Assembly (NCBI GenBank): GCA_965279035.1 | Contig: OZ257142.1 | Coordinates: forward strand, 4,064,001-4,128,000 | Length of the DNA: 64,000 nt | DNA from: Bacteroidia bacterium | GTDB lineage: Bacteria; Bacteroidota; Bacteroidia; M30B66 | Reading direction: 5' to 3' | Position numbers and translations under genes: made by a program | Notes under the pieces: model-generated | Seen by the model: the letters and a program-made list of their open reading frames with translations, nothing else | What the model was told of the DNA's origin: nothing | The model's database searches: none | In this document: positions 28,507-39,459 of the stretch, in pieces | Layout of the letters: every line of letters starts with the position of its first letter | How positions within the stretch are numbered: position 1 is the stretch's first letter

Positions 28507-30390
28507 CTACTCTTTTACAATTCGGCGAATAAATGCCTGATTGCCCGATTCTATTTTCAATAAATATATTCCCGTTGGAAATTGACTTAAATCGATTTGT
28601 TGGCTGAATTTACGACCAACTTGTGTATTTAAAGTATTTCGACTCACAACTTGCCCTACAGTACTGAAAAGTGTAAGCGTGCATTTATCTGCATTTGCTG
28701 GAAAAGAAATACTCAATAAATCATGAGTTGGGTTAGGCATTACGATCATTGATTGCCCATCAATTGTAGCAATTCCATCAGGAAGTAAAACAGTAATAAA
28801 CTGTGTGGTTGTATCTGTACCACAAGGTCCATAAGAAATTAACTGAACCGAAGTTGCTCCTGTATCGCTGAATGTATAAATAGGATTACGATTAAAGCTT
28901 CCGTTTCCATCACCAAAAATCCATAGAGATGCTGTATCGCCGACGGAAGTATTATTGAATAAATAGGTAGTTCCATTCGCAACAAAATCAAATCCCGAAA
29001 CCATTTGTGGAACTACGGTCGCTGTAATACTATCGGTTTTAGAACATCCTGCATTATTTGTAACTGTACAATAATAGGTAGTGTTTATTTGAGGATGATC
29101 GTAAAAACTACTCGTTGTTTGTCCACTTGCCCATAGGTAAGTATTTCCTCCTCCTGGCCCGCCTCCTTGAACACTAGCTCTAATACGTGTGCTATCGCCA
29201 AGGCAAACAGTTGATGGTGTTGCGCTCATTGTAAAATTTGGAGCTGTACCAACTGTCACATTGATTGTTAAAGATCCTTGACAACCTAAGGCATCAGTCC
29301 CTACTATTGTGTACGGTGTACTTACTGTTGGTGAGGCTAAAACCGTTTCTCCACTTGTAGTATTTAATCCTGTAGCTGGACTCCAAACATAGGAATCTGC
29401 TCCCGAAACGGTGATGGATGTTGGCTCTGTAGCTCCAGAACAATAGCTTGCCGTTTGTGGTGTTGTAGCCAAAACTGGTGTTGGATTAGAACTAACAACA
29501 ATGGTTTTTAAAGACGAAGTATCAGCATTGGATGAAAATGAACAACCAGCAACAACACGGTAGTAAGTGGTTTGGCTAATGTTTCCTGTGTTGAATGTTG
29601 TTGCACCTGTTCCAACATCCATCCATGCTCCAGTTGTGTCATTGGTAGATTGCCACTGTAGTGATAATCCATCAAAACCAGTTGTTTGACCACTAAGGCT
29701 CAGTGTTGTTGTTCCGCCACCATTACAAATAGTCGATAGAACCGAGCTGAGTGTTCCTGCACTTTGAGTTCCATCGCATTGATTGGGGAAAGAAGTCCAG
29801 CTAACATCGTCGATGTACATGCTGTTTCCTTGTGTACTGTAACCTTTTAGAAGAAAATAATTGGTAGAAGAAGTATATCCTTGTGGTGCTAGAAATGTGT
29901 ATTCGTACCAACCGCTAACCGAATGTGTATCGGGAATTGCGATAAGGGATGAACGAGCAATTGTTCCTAATGCAATAGCACCGCTCAATGAAGGTGTTGT
30001 ATTGAAAAGAATTTGCAAACTATCGTAATTCGTTGCCAATGCCGCATCGCGATAAATCCAAAAACTAAATGGAGCATCAGCTGAACCACGGCTTGAGTAA
30101 TCAATTGCTGGAGAAACTATGGTTTGTGTTGTATCGGCTGGTGCTGTGTGGCTGTTGAAACGAGCCGTTGCTGTTCCTGTATGCGGCGAACAAGTTGGAA
30201 ATGTAAAGTTACTTGACTTGCGTGTCCAGAAATTATAGGTTGATATTCCCGTCCAACCAGTTGGAAGAAATTGTTGGTTTTCGAATCCTTGGGTAGAAAT
30301 AACTTGAGCGTTAATAGTTCCGAAAAGAGCCGAAAATGCAAGTGCAATAATGAGTGTTGCCCTTTTTAAAAGTGCGAAATTGTGTTTCAT
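28507..30390 (-). CDS. T9SS-secreted protein with an N-terminal beta-sandwich, Ig-like repeats and a PKD domain
   Basis: Signal peptide MKHNFALLKR...AQ; GFE..FLPTGW...MYIDDVS domain; PKD WIFGDG; CTD PNPTHD...GIYLLKI...RRIVKE. Confidence 0.88.
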   Translation of the reverse strand: MKHNFALLKRATLIIALAFSALFGTINAQVISTQGFENQQFLPTGWTGISTYNFWTRKSSNFTFPTCSPHTGTATARFNSHTAPADTTQTIVSPAIDYSSRGSADAPFSFWIYRDAALATNYDSLQILFNTTPSLSGAIALGTIARSSLIAIPDTHSVSGWYEYTFLAPQGYTSSTNYFLLKGYSTQGNSMYIDDVSWTSFPNQCDGTQSAGTLSSVLSTICNGGGTTTLSLSGQTTGFDGLSLQWQSTNDTTGAWMDVGTGATTFNTGNISQTTYYRVVAGCSFSSNADTSSLKTIVVSSNPTPVLATTPQTASYCSGATEPTSITVSGADSYVWSPATGLNTTSGETVLASPTVSTPYTIVGTDALGCQGSLTINVTVGTAPNFTMSATPSTVCLGDSTRIRASVQGGGPGGGNTYLWASGQTTSSFYDHPQINTTYYCTVTNNAGCSKTDSITATVVPQMVSGFDFVANGTTYLFNNTSVGDTASLWIFGDGNGSFNRNPIYTFSDTGATSVQLISYGPCGTDTTTQFITVLLPDGIATIDGQSMIVMPNPTHDLLSISFPANADKCTLTLFSTVGQVVSRNTLNTQVGRKFSQQIDLSQFPTGIYLLKIESGNQAFIRRIVKE

Positions 30391-30657
30391 GTTGGATGGT
30401 TTATGGGTGTGAAATTGTGCAATCAAAAAAGGATGACGAATATTTTTTAGCAAGGGTTGTATTGGACTATATTTTCTTCGGCATTTATTTTAAGAAAGCG
30501 GACATACCGAGATTATTTTATAGAATTGGTTTAATGCGGAATGAAGATTTAATAAATCTGAATTTCAGCCTTTTAAAAATTTCTATTCAAATTGAAATTG
30601 CTAAAATGTCGATTTTAAATCCTTGATTTGCATTCTATTTCCTTCCATCACGAGGTT

Positions 30658-32601
30658 ATGAAAAAACTATTCTTCTTTCTTTTTCTTTTTCATTGTTTGG
30701 ATTTTTTGGAAGCTCAAGTTTTACAAGACTTGATTCCTCCGCAAATGATTGCATACAATCCAGAAAATAATGGTTTACTGAGCAATCCTGATTTTCCATT
30801 TCAAATCACATTTGATGAACCTGTTTTAAAAGTTGCTGGAACAATATCGGTTTTTCAAAACTCTGTGCTCATTCAACAAATAGACATCAATGCACCTGAA
30901 GTGATAGTAGATGTTGCTAATGTTCGATTTACATTAACAGGTATTCTTTCGGAATCCAATCTTCGTATCGAGATTCCGAGTGGCGTTATTAGCGATTTAA
31001 GTGGGAATGCTTGGGCCGGAACTGGAATTCCTTCTGATTGGAATTGTAATACTACTTGTTTTCAGATAGCGTGTTTTAGCTCTATTTTTCCAACAAATCA
31101 AACTACTAATTTTAGGTTACCCGATAGTCATGCTTTTCAGGTAATTGTTCAAAAAGGTGCTCCGTATACCAATGGAGGTGTCTTTCCTGATAATTTCGAT
31201 TTTACAGGATATGTTGCAACAGATGGAAGCAGCAGAAATGGAAAAATATCATTAAATCATGAAACGACTCCTGTTGCTGCTGTTACCATTATGGATGTGA
31301 ACTATTCGCCAACTACTCAGTTGTGGGAAGTTTTGAATTCAAGTCCAATTGATTTTTCTGCTGTAGTAAAAACACAACGCAATTGTTCCGGTGGATTAAC
31401 TCCTTGGGGAACGGTCTTGATTGGTGAAGAAATGAAAATAATTGGAGATACAAACCTCGATGGATATGATGATGTAGGCTGGTTTGTTGAAATAGATCCC
31501 CTGTTGAGACAAGTGAAAGATTATGGTAACGGACAACAGAAACTATGGCCAATGGGAAGAATGAGGCACGAAAATGCCGCTGTTTCTTATGCCGATAGTA
31601 GAACAGTTTATTTTGGCGAAGATGATACTACAGGCTGTTTATACAAATTCATAGCGAACGAAGCTGAAAATCTATCCCAAGGTTTGCTTTATGTGTTGAA
31701 AATGGATAGTCCATTGAATTCGGGAAATCCTCAAAGTGCGACTGGAGTTTGGATGCTAGTTCCAAATGGAAGTATTACTGAGAGAAATTCAACGTATTTG
31801 TTGGCAAGCCAACTAGCTGCAACTATTTTTAATGGTATTGAAGATGTGGAAATTGGTCCCGATGGGATGATTTATTTTACGTCCAAAGCTCATGGGAGAA
31901 TTTATCGTTTTACCGACAATGGAAATTCGGTAAGTGGATTTGAAACGTTTGTTGGTGGACGTAGTTATGATATTGATATTAACGGCACTCCAATTACTGA
32001 GAATTGGAGTATTGGCAATGACAATTTAGCTTTTGATGATGAAGGGAATTTATGGGTGTTACAAGATGGCGGGAGAAACTTTATTTGGGTAGTAAAAGCA
32101 GGACACACACAAGTAAATCCGCTTGTTTCGATATTTGGCCAAGTGCCTATTGGAGCTGAGCCAACAGGCATCACGTTTACTCCAGACAAACGCTTTTTAT
32201 TTATGTCGATTCAGCATCCTGCAGATACGAATACGAATCAATTGGATGCTACAGGAAATTTTATAACGATTAATAAATCGAGCATGATTGTTATTGCGCG
32301 AAAAGAGTTTTTAGGAATTCCAGAAACACCACTGATAACAACAACCTTAGATGATCATGGAATTGATGTGTTTCCCAATCCATTTTCGGATGAAATGAAC
32401 ATTGATTTTCGAAATGCTCAAGAAAAACTTCGAACTATTGAACTGATAGATTTAAGTGGCAAATTGATTCGAGTTGAACAAATTCCAGTAGGAACAAAGA
32501 ACTATCAATTCAAGCTTAAAATGGAAGGGTTAAAAGGGATGTTCTTTTTGAGATTGATTAGTGAAAAAGGCTGTTATACGAAGAAGATTGTCAGTGAATA
32601 A
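30658..32601 (+). CDS. phoX: PhoX-family (DUF839) alkaline phosphatase with an N-terminal Ig-like domain and T9SS CTD
   Basis: LNHE, RNCSGGLTPWGTVLIGEE, GRMRHENAAV, DNLAFD, AEPTGITFTPD..LFMSIQHP; CTD FPNPF...KKIVSE. Confidence 0.87.
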   Translation: MKKLFFFLFLFHCLDFLEAQVLQDLIPPQMIAYNPENNGLLSNPDFPFQITFDEPVLKVAGTISVFQNSVLIQQIDINAPEVIVDVANVRFTLTGILSESNLRIEIPSGVISDLSGNAWAGTGIPSDWNCNTTCFQIACFSSIFPTNQTTNFRLPDSHAFQVIVQKGAPYTNGGVFPDNFDFTGYVATDGSSRNGKISLNHETTPVAAVTIMDVNYSPTTQLWEVLNSSPIDFSAVVKTQRNCSGGLTPWGTVLIGEEMKIIGDTNLDGYDDVGWFVEIDPLLRQVKDYGNGQQKLWPMGRMRHENAAVSYADSRTVYFGEDDTTGCLYKFIANEAENLSQGLLYVLKMDSPLNSGNPQSATGVWMLVPNGSITERNSTYLLASQLAATIFNGIEDVEIGPDGMIYFTSKAHGRIYRFTDNGNSVSGFETFVGGRSYDIDINGTPITENWSIGNDNLAFDDEGNLWVLQDGGRNFIWVVKAGHTQVNPLVSIFGQVPIGAEPTGITFTPDKRFLFMSIQHPADTNTNQLDATGNFITINKSSMIVIARKEFLGIPETPLITTTLDDHGIDVFPNPFSDEMNIDFRNAQEKLRTIELIDLSGKLIRVEQIPVGTKNYQFKLKMEGLKGMFFLRLISEKGCYTKKIVSE

Positions 32602-32606
32602 AACGC

Positions 32607-32711
32607 CGCACAAAGGATTGAGGTGAGTTCCCACGAACCGAAAGCCTGACGCAAATAAAAAACTCGGTGAGCATTTCTGATCATCGATTTTTTTATTTGG
32701 GATGTGCCCAA
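32607..32711 (-). repeat. Structured intergenic element (Flavo-1-like), copy C
   Basis: Shares CGCACAAAGGATTGAGG, CCGAAAGCCTGAC and GGGATGTGCCCAA blocks with 41675-41748. Its centre carries an AT-rich CAAATAAAAAA...TTTTTTATTTG hairpin. Confidence 0.7.
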
Positions 32712-32866
32712 TTATTAAAAATTCTTGAACTGAATTTGTTTTAAATCGCAGCTTCATTTTTATTCTATTTTCAAGAAACTTCCGTCAATGCTGGCATTGA
32801 GCTGTTTATAAGATGTGTTTTCTGAAAGATCAATTTTCGTATTTTCGAAAATCCAAAATCTCAACC

Positions 32867-35800
32867 ATGATTAAAAAAACTACTCTGTTCTTTTTTACTC
32901 AGATTCTAACATTGCTCTTGTCGAGCAGTTTGATTGGCCAAAATGCCTTTCCTAAAGGAGTTTCTGAAGTTCGTATGTCGACCGCTTCTTCGATTCCGGC
33001 ATTCCAGAAATTTGAAGAAAATGCTGGACCCGCACTTTCAGAATTTTTCAATTACCTCAACGCTACCTACTCGTTTAGCCGAGAAATTTCGTGGAAGGAA
33101 TTGCAAACCGATAAAGACCAAATGGGTTTTACGCATTCACGTTATGTGGAATATTTAAATGGCATTCCTGTTCATGCAAGCATGTTGATTGTACATGCGA
33201 AAGATGGTCGTGTAATTAGTTTTAATGGAGAAACCTTTACAGAGAATTTACCGGGAAAAATTCCTGTTCAGATTGATAGGGAATTGGCGCGTGAGATTGC
33301 AATGAGTTATGTAGGAGCGAAAACCTACAAATGGCAATTACCCGAAGAAGAAGCATTTATTAAAAAAGAGCAAAACGATCCGAATGCTACCTTTTTCCCA
33401 AAGGCAGAATTATTTTATGTGAATTCTGGAAAGAATGAATTTAGCTTGGCTTGTCGCTTTGATATTTATGCGCAAGAGCCGGTTTCGCGCCAGTATGTAT
33501 ATGTTCGCGCGACGGATAACAAAGTGATTTTATCTGAAAATAGAATTCACGAAACAGAGGTTACCGGTTCGGCTGTTACTGCCTATGCTGGAACACAATC
33601 GATCAAAACAGATTATACTGGAACTACTTATCGCTTGAGAGAAACATCGCGCGGTTTAGGTATTGAAACATACAACCTTCAAAAAGGTATAACTTATACA
33701 TCGGCCGTTGATTTTACAGATTCGGATAATGTTTGGAATAACGTGAATGCTAACAAAGATCAATATGCTACCGATGCTCATTTTGGAGCAGAAAAAACCT
33801 ACGATTTTTATTTTAGTAAATTCAATCGAAATAGTATTGATAATGCGGGGTTTAAGTTGATCAACTATGTGCATTACAGTACCAATTATGTGAATGCTTA
33901 TTGGGATGGAACGCGTATGACCTATGGTGATGGAGATGCGACTTATAATCCATTAACATCGATGGATATAGCTGGACATGAAATCACACATGGCTTAACA
34001 GAAAAAACGGCCAATCTCACCTATTCAAATCAAAGTGGAGCGTTAAATGAAAGTTTCAGCGACATTTTCGGAACAGCTATTGAATTTTACGCAACACCAA
34101 GTTTAGCCGATTGGTTGATTGGAGAAGACATCGGTGCTGCATTTCGTAGCATGAGCAATCCGAATGCATTTAGTCAACCTGATACCTATTTAGGAACTTA
34201 TTGGGCAACTGGAACTGCCGATTATGGTGGAGTTCATACAAACAGTGGTGTACAGAATTACTGGTTTTATTTATTGTCGATGGGTGGATCAGGAACGAAT
34301 GATATTGGGAACGCATTCAGCGTAAGCGGAATTGGGATCGACAAAGCCGCAGCCATTGCTTACCGGAGTTTAACAACCTATTTAACTTCAGGTTCTCAAT
34401 ATGCTGATGCAAGAACATATTCGATTCAAGCAGCTACTGATTTATATGGTGCTTGTTCGCCCGAATTGATCGCTACGACCGCAGCTTGGTATGCAGTAGG
34501 TGTTGGAAGCAATACTTTAGCAGTGAATCCTACGATAAGCTATTCGGGTTCAACTAGTTTTTGTCAAGGCGGCTCATTGACCTTGAATACAGGAACACTT
34601 TCAAATTACCAATGGAAATTGAATGGGAACGCCATTGCTGGTGCAACAACGGGAAGCTATACAGCAACAGGAGCTGGTTCGTATTCTGTTAGCACGGTAG
34701 TATGTGGAACAACCTATACTTCAAACCCTGTTGTTATTAGTGTTTCATCGGCAAGTGTGAGTGTTTCGGCACCAACAACGAATTCTTGTCAACCCATTGT
34801 ATTAACAGCCAATGCAAGTTCTGGCTATGCGATTCAATGGACAAAAAATGGAGTTGATATTCCAGGTGCAACACAATCGACCTACACAGCTAGTGTTTCT
34901 GGAAATTATGCCGCACGAATTTCGAGTACTATTGGACCGGCTACTACACTGACTAATAGCACAGCGACAAGTATTCCTGATAATTCCTGTCCGGGAGCTA
35001 CTAGTTCTATCGTTGCAAGTGGATTACCAACCGTGATGAATCCAGCAGGTATTTCTGTGAAGATTAACATTACTCATACTTGGGATGGTGATTTGAAAGT
35101 TTGGTTAGAATCACCTAATGGAGATGTTTTAGGTTTAGCGAATGTTGTTGGTAGTAGTGGTGATAATTTTACCAATACCGTTTTTAGCGATGCTGGATCA
35201 GCACAAATTCCTGCAACGGGATCTCCTTATACTGGTACATATAAACCTTGGGCTACCACGTTTACCAATTGCTCGGCAACAACCAACCGTTTTAGTTTTG
35301 CAACGCTAGGAGCTGGATCAATCAATCCTAATGGAACATGGAAATTGCGTGTTACAGATAATGCCGCTTCCGATGTGGGAACAATCAATAACTGGTCAAT
35401 CACCTTTCCACAAACCATCACGCCAAGTCCTGATTGCGGTCCGGTAACTTCTAGTCCGCTTGCTATTTCAATAGGAACTGGTTTAACTGCAGGTATTACA
35501 CCAAGTGGTTCTTTAAACATTTGTTCAACTGGAAGTGTGACTTTAACGGCAACAGGAGGAACTTCGTTTTTGTGGTCAACTGGAGCAACAACTTCTTCCA
35601 TTACTACTTCTACTGCAGGAAATTATAATGTAACTGTGAGCAATGCTCAAGGATGTAGTGGAAGTGCAAATGCAACTGTATCGGTAACAAATGCCACAAC
35701 TTGGTATGCCGATGTTGATGGTGATACTTATGGAAATTCAGCTTCTAGCACTTTAGCTTGCTCTCAACCAAATGGGTATGTTGCGGTTGCTGGTGATTGT

Positions 35801-38800
35801 AATGATAATGATGCAAGTGTTCATTCAGCTCAAACCTATTATGTAGATGCCGATGGCGATGGATTTGGTTCTTCAACAACGGCTTCTTTGTGTAGCTCTA
35901 CAGCACCAAATGGGTATTCAACTGTTAGTGGCGATTGTAATGATGCTGATTCTGGAATTCATGAAGCAATTACATACTATATTGATTCGGATCATGATGG
36001 ATATGCAGCTTTCATTCCTGTTTTGCTTTGTAGCTCAACAGCTCCGCTTGGTTATTCTTCTATTGTAGGCGATTGTAATGATGGTGATGCCAGTGTTCAT
36101 TTCTCACAAACCTATTATGTAGATGCCGATGGAGATGGATTTGGTTCTTCAACCACAGCTTCTATTTGTAGCTCAACTGCTCCGAATGGGTATTCAACTG
36201 TTAGTGGCGATTGCAATGATGCTGATGCTGGAATTCATGAAGCCATTACCTATTACATCGATGCGGATCATGATGGATTTGCGGCTTTCATTCCAGTATT
36301 ATTATGTAGTTCAACTGCACCTCTTGGTTATTCTTCTGTTGTAGGAGATTGTAATGATGGTGATGCCAGTGTTCATTTCTCACAAACCTATTTTGTAGAT
36401 GCCGATGGCGATGGATTTGGATCATCAACAACGGCTTCCATTTGTAGCTCAACTGCTCCCAATGGATATTCAACAGTTAGTGGCGATTGCAATGATACTA
36501 ATGAAAATGTAAATCCTGGTAAAACAGAAATTTGCGGGAATAATATTGATGACAATTGCAATGGTTCGGTTGACGAAGGCTGTACCCTTTACACGTATTA
36601 TTTAGATTCTGATAATGATGGGTATGGAACTACGACTACCATTCAAGTTTATCAATCGACTCCACCTGTTGGATATGTAAATCACACTGGTGATTGTAAT
36701 GATTCAAATGCTGCAATTAATCCAGAAGCCGCCGAAATTTGTGGTAATAGCATTGATGAAAATTGCAATGGTACTTTGAATGAAGGTTGTGTGAGCTTTA
36801 CGTATTATGCCGATGTTGATAATGATACATACGGAAACGCTGCAAGTAGCATCAATAGCTTCAACTCAAGTGCACCTTCGGGATACACTTCCAACTCAAG
36901 CGATTGTAATGATAATAATGCCTCTGTAAATCCAGCGGCTTCTGAAATTTGCGGAAATGGTATCGATGATAATTGTAATGGTACTATCGACGAAAACGGA
37001 ACTTCTATAGGATCAATTACTGCCATTAACGGTCCAGCCGGTGTGTGTAAAAGCCAAGCAGGTGTTGTCTTTAGTGTGGATGCATTAGCTGGCGCTACAA
37101 CATATACATGGACGGTCCCTGCTGGTTCAACCTTGGTTAGTGGACAAGGAACTTCGAGCATAACTGTAAACTTCTCGGCTACTCAAGCCGCAGGAAACAT
37201 TTGTGTAACTGCTTCGAATGCTTGCTCATCAAGTGCACAGCTTTGTCGCAATTTGTTAGTTTACACTGTTAAACCTGTAACTCCGGGAACAATTTCAGGT
37301 TCAAACATCGAAGCTTGTCCGGGAACAACCCGCACTTTCAGCATTGCTCCTGTGGCGAATACAACGAGCTATACATGGACTGCTCCTGCTAATGCAACAG
37401 TAGTTAGTGGACAAGGAACAACAAGTGCCTCGCTGAGTTTTGGAGCTGCTTTCACAACAGGAAGTGTAAGCATAACGGCATCAAACTGTATTGGAACAAG
37501 TGCCGCAAAAACGCTTGCATTATATAGCAAACCAGGAACTCCTGCTTCCATAGCTGGTGCAATCAATGGAGTTTGTGGTGGAACAACAGGAACCTATTCT
37601 TGTCCAGCAGTTACTGGAGCAACATCGTATGTTTGGACAGTTCCAGCTGGTTGGACAATCAATAGTGGTCAAGGAACAAACAGCATTAGTTTGACAGCGC
37701 CTGCATCTTATGTAAGTGCAGCTGTTTCGGTTGCCGCATCTTCGGCATGTGGAACAAGTACTGTCAGAACAATTACAGTTCGTTCGGTACCAGCTGTTCC
37801 TGGAACAATTACGGGTCCTGCCAATACAGTATGTAGCGGTGGTTCATATACCTACAGTATCGTTGCTGTAGCAGGAGCAACTTCCTATACTTGGACTTTG
37901 CCTTTGGGCTGGTCAATCAATAGTGGTCAAGGAACAACAAGCGTGAATATTACACCTTCGGCTTATACCAGTGGAGTTATTTCGGTTGTTTCGGTGAATG
38001 CATGCGGAAGTTCTACTGCTAAAACCTTAACAGTTACCTCAACTCCTGCAACTCCAGGAACGATTACAGGTCCAATCAATAATATTTGTGGAGCAGGAAC
38101 ATTTACCTATACCATTGCAGCCGTTGCCAATGCAACATCTTACAATTGGACAGTTCCAGCAGGATGTACTTTAGTAACAAATAATGGAACTTCCATGACT
38201 ATGAGTACATCTGCAGCTTTTAATACGGGAAATGTAACAGTTGCTGCAGTTAATGCATGTGGAGCAGGAACAGCAAAAACATTAGCTGTAAGTAAACTTC
38301 CGGCAACGCCAGGCTTGATAACTGGATCTTCTACTGTTTGTTCGAATCAACAAGGCGTTGCATATAGTACAGTTGCCATTGCAGGATTGACGTATACTTG
38401 GACAGTTCCTGCAGGAGCGAGCATTGCCAGTGGACAAGGCACTAGTAGCATTTTAGTAAACTTTGGTGCGACAGTAGGTGCTGTTTCGGTAAAAGCAAGT
38501 AATGCATGTGGAATTTCTGCTGCTCGGTCATTTACAGTGACTAAACTAGCATGCCGCATCAGTGCTGATGGAACGGAAATTTCGGATGTAGCTGCTATCG
38601 AAGTTTATCCAAATCCGGGACAAGGTGCTTATACACTTCGATTAAACGGTATTGAAGGAGAATCGAAAGCAAGTATTTACAGTATGACTGGTCAGTTGGT
38701 TAAACAAATTGTAATACCAGAAAGAAATAATTTGGTGCCGATTTATTTGAATGAAGAGGCAGATGGAATTTACTTAATTCGTTTTGAAAGCGCTGGTTTT

Positions 38801-38830
38801 GTAAGCGAAGTGAAAGTGATTAAGAATTAA
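32867..38830 (+). CDS. M4 (thermolysin-like) metallopeptidase with P-domain, DCND metal-binding repeats, PKD-like repeats and T9SS CTD
   Basis: Pro-peptide, NAYWDG, GHEITHG, GALNESFSD, GGVHTNSG; P-domain INITHTWDGDL..NGTWKLRVTD; YYVDADGDGFG/GDCND repeats; YTWTVP repeats; VYPNP CTD. Confidence 0.93.
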   Translation: MIKKTTLFFFTQILTLLLSSSLIGQNAFPKGVSEVRMSTASSIPAFQKFEENAGPALSEFFNYLNATYSFSREISWKELQTDKDQMGFTHSRYVEYLNGIPVHASMLIVHAKDGRVISFNGETFTENLPGKIPVQIDRELAREIAMSYVGAKTYKWQLPEEEAFIKKEQNDPNATFFPKAELFYVNSGKNEFSLACRFDIYAQEPVSRQYVYVRATDNKVILSENRIHETEVTGSAVTAYAGTQSIKTDYTGTTYRLRETSRGLGIETYNLQKGITYTSAVDFTDSDNVWNNVNANKDQYATDAHFGAEKTYDFYFSKFNRNSIDNAGFKLINYVHYSTNYVNAYWDGTRMTYGDGDATYNPLTSMDIAGHEITHGLTEKTANLTYSNQSGALNESFSDIFGTAIEFYATPSLADWLIGEDIGAAFRSMSNPNAFSQPDTYLGTYWATGTADYGGVHTNSGVQNYWFYLLSMGGSGTNDIGNAFSVSGIGIDKAAAIAYRSLTTYLTSGSQYADARTYSIQAATDLYGACSPELIATTAAWYAVGVGSNTLAVNPTISYSGSTSFCQGGSLTLNTGTLSNYQWKLNGNAIAGATTGSYTATGAGSYSVSTVVCGTTYTSNPVVISVSSASVSVSAPTTNSCQPIVLTANASSGYAIQWTKNGVDIPGATQSTYTASVSGNYAARISSTIGPATTLTNSTATSIPDNSCPGATSSIVASGLPTVMNPAGISVKINITHTWDGDLKVWLESPNGDVLGLANVVGSSGDNFTNTVFSDAGSAQIPATGSPYTGTYKPWATTFTNCSATTNRFSFATLGAGSINPNGTWKLRVTDNAASDVGTINNWSITFPQTITPSPDCGPVTSSPLAISIGTGLTAGITPSGSLNICSTGSVTLTATGGTSFLWSTGATTSSITTSTAGNYNVTVSNAQGCSGSANATVSVTNATTWYADVDGDTYGNSASSTLACSQPNGYVAVAGDCNDNDASVHSAQTYYVDADGDGFGSSTTASLCSSTAPNGYSTVSGDCNDADSGIHEAITYYIDSDHDGYAAFIPVLLCSSTAPLGYSSIVGDCNDGDASVHFSQTYYVDADGDGFGSSTTASICSSTAPNGYSTVSGDCNDADAGIHEAITYYIDADHDGFAAFIPVLLCSSTAPLGYSSVVGDCNDGDASVHFSQTYFVDADGDGFGSSTTASICSSTAPNGYSTVSGDCNDTNENVNPGKTEICGNNIDDNCNGSVDEGCTLYTYYLDSDNDGYGTTTTIQVYQSTPPVGYVNHTGDCNDSNAAINPEAAEICGNSIDENCNGTLNEGCVSFTYYADVDNDTYGNAASSINSFNSSAPSGYTSNSSDCNDNNASVNPAASEICGNGIDDNCNGTIDENGTSIGSITAINGPAGVCKSQAGVVFSVDALAGATTYTWTVPAGSTLVSGQGTSSITVNFSATQAAGNICVTASNACSSSAQLCRNLLVYTVKPVTPGTISGSNIEACPGTTRTFSIAPVANTTSYTWTAPANATVVSGQGTTSASLSFGAAFTTGSVSITASNCIGTSAAKTLALYSKPGTPASIAGAINGVCGGTTGTYSCPAVTGATSYVWTVPAGWTINSGQGTNSISLTAPASYVSAAVSVAASSACGTSTVRTITVRSVPAVPGTITGPANTVCSGGSYTYSIVAVAGATSYTWTLPLGWSINSGQGTTSVNITPSAYTSGVISVVSVNACGSSTAKTLTVTSTPATPGTITGPINNICGAGTFTYTIAAVANATSYNWTVPAGCTLVTNNGTSMTMSTSAAFNTGNVTVAAVNACGAGTAKTLAVSKLPATPGLITGSSTVCSNQQGVAYSTVAIAGLTYTWTVPAGASIASGQGTSSILVNFGATVGAVSVKASNACGISAARSFTVTKLACRISADGTEISDVAAIEVYPNPGQGAYTLRLNGIEGESKASIYSMTGQLVKQIVIPERNNLVPIYLNEEADGIYLIRFESAGFVSEVKVIKN
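35831..36495 (+). repeat. Intragenic tandem repeat, 276-nt period (two alternating 46-aa units)
   Basis: CAAACCTATT(A/T)TGTAGATGCCGATGG recurs at about 35831, 36107 and 36383; the encoded units are nearly identical. Confidence 0.9.
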
Positions 38831-38846
38831 TAAATCCGATAGATAG

Positions 38847-38881
38847 AAATCCCGGGAGCTTTTGTTTCCGGGATTTTTTTT
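38847..38881 (+). terminator. Rho-independent terminator of the M4 peptidase gene
   Basis: AAATCCCGGGAGC-TTTT-GTTTCCGGGATTT followed by a T-tract. Confidence 0.8.
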
Positions 38882-38953
38882 GCCTTTTTAGAAAGATAAA
38901 AAGAATGGGTAAAGGTTTTCTATTAAATTGCTTACAAATACATAAACAGTTAT

Positions 38954-39406
38954 ATGAAAAAGATGCTTTTTAGTGCTTGTATGATGGCGCTTATTTCTTT
39001 AGTCTCTTGTAAAAGAGATGGATGTATTAATGTAGATGCAACTAATTTTGATAAAGAAGCCGATTATGATGATGGTAGTTGTACGTTTCAGGCTAAAAAT
39101 TTTGCCGGTACATACAATGTTACTGGAACGAAGGTGGATCAATCGTTTGGCGATACAACGGTTCAAAATTATCAGATTATCATTACTCACACGGGAGAAA
39201 CCAATGTTTCTATTTCGAATTTGGGAAATACCAGTAATGTGATTACGGCTACTATTAAAAACAATCAACTTACTATTCCATCGCAGGATAAAAATGTGGT
39301 TGAAACATGGAGTGGATCTGGGGCAATTTCGGGGTCAACCATTAATTTACAATTTACCGAAAGTTTCCATCATTATTTCTTCAACGAAGTAGCCGTGAAG
39401 CAATAG
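38954..39406 (+). CDS. Lipoprotein with GC.D..A.N....A..DDGSC module, paralog 1
   Basis: Lipobox SLVSC; GCINVDATNFDKEADYDDGSCTF followed by a beta-rich domain. Confidence 0.85.
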   Translation: MKKMLFSACMMALISLVSCKRDGCINVDATNFDKEADYDDGSCTFQAKNFAGTYNVTGTKVDQSFGDTTVQNYQIIITHTGETNVSISNLGNTSNVITATIKNNQLTIPSQDKNVVETWSGSGAISGSTINLQFTESFHHYFFNEVAVKQ

Positions 39407-39459
39407 GAAGTTTGCTATTTGAAGTAGAATTTTCAAAAAGTAATTTCTATTTATTATCA

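Noticed and set aside
35831-36495. Diversity-generating retroelement template/variable repeats
   Set aside because: Differences between units are mostly synonymous and not adenine-specific, and there is no reverse transcriptase in the window.
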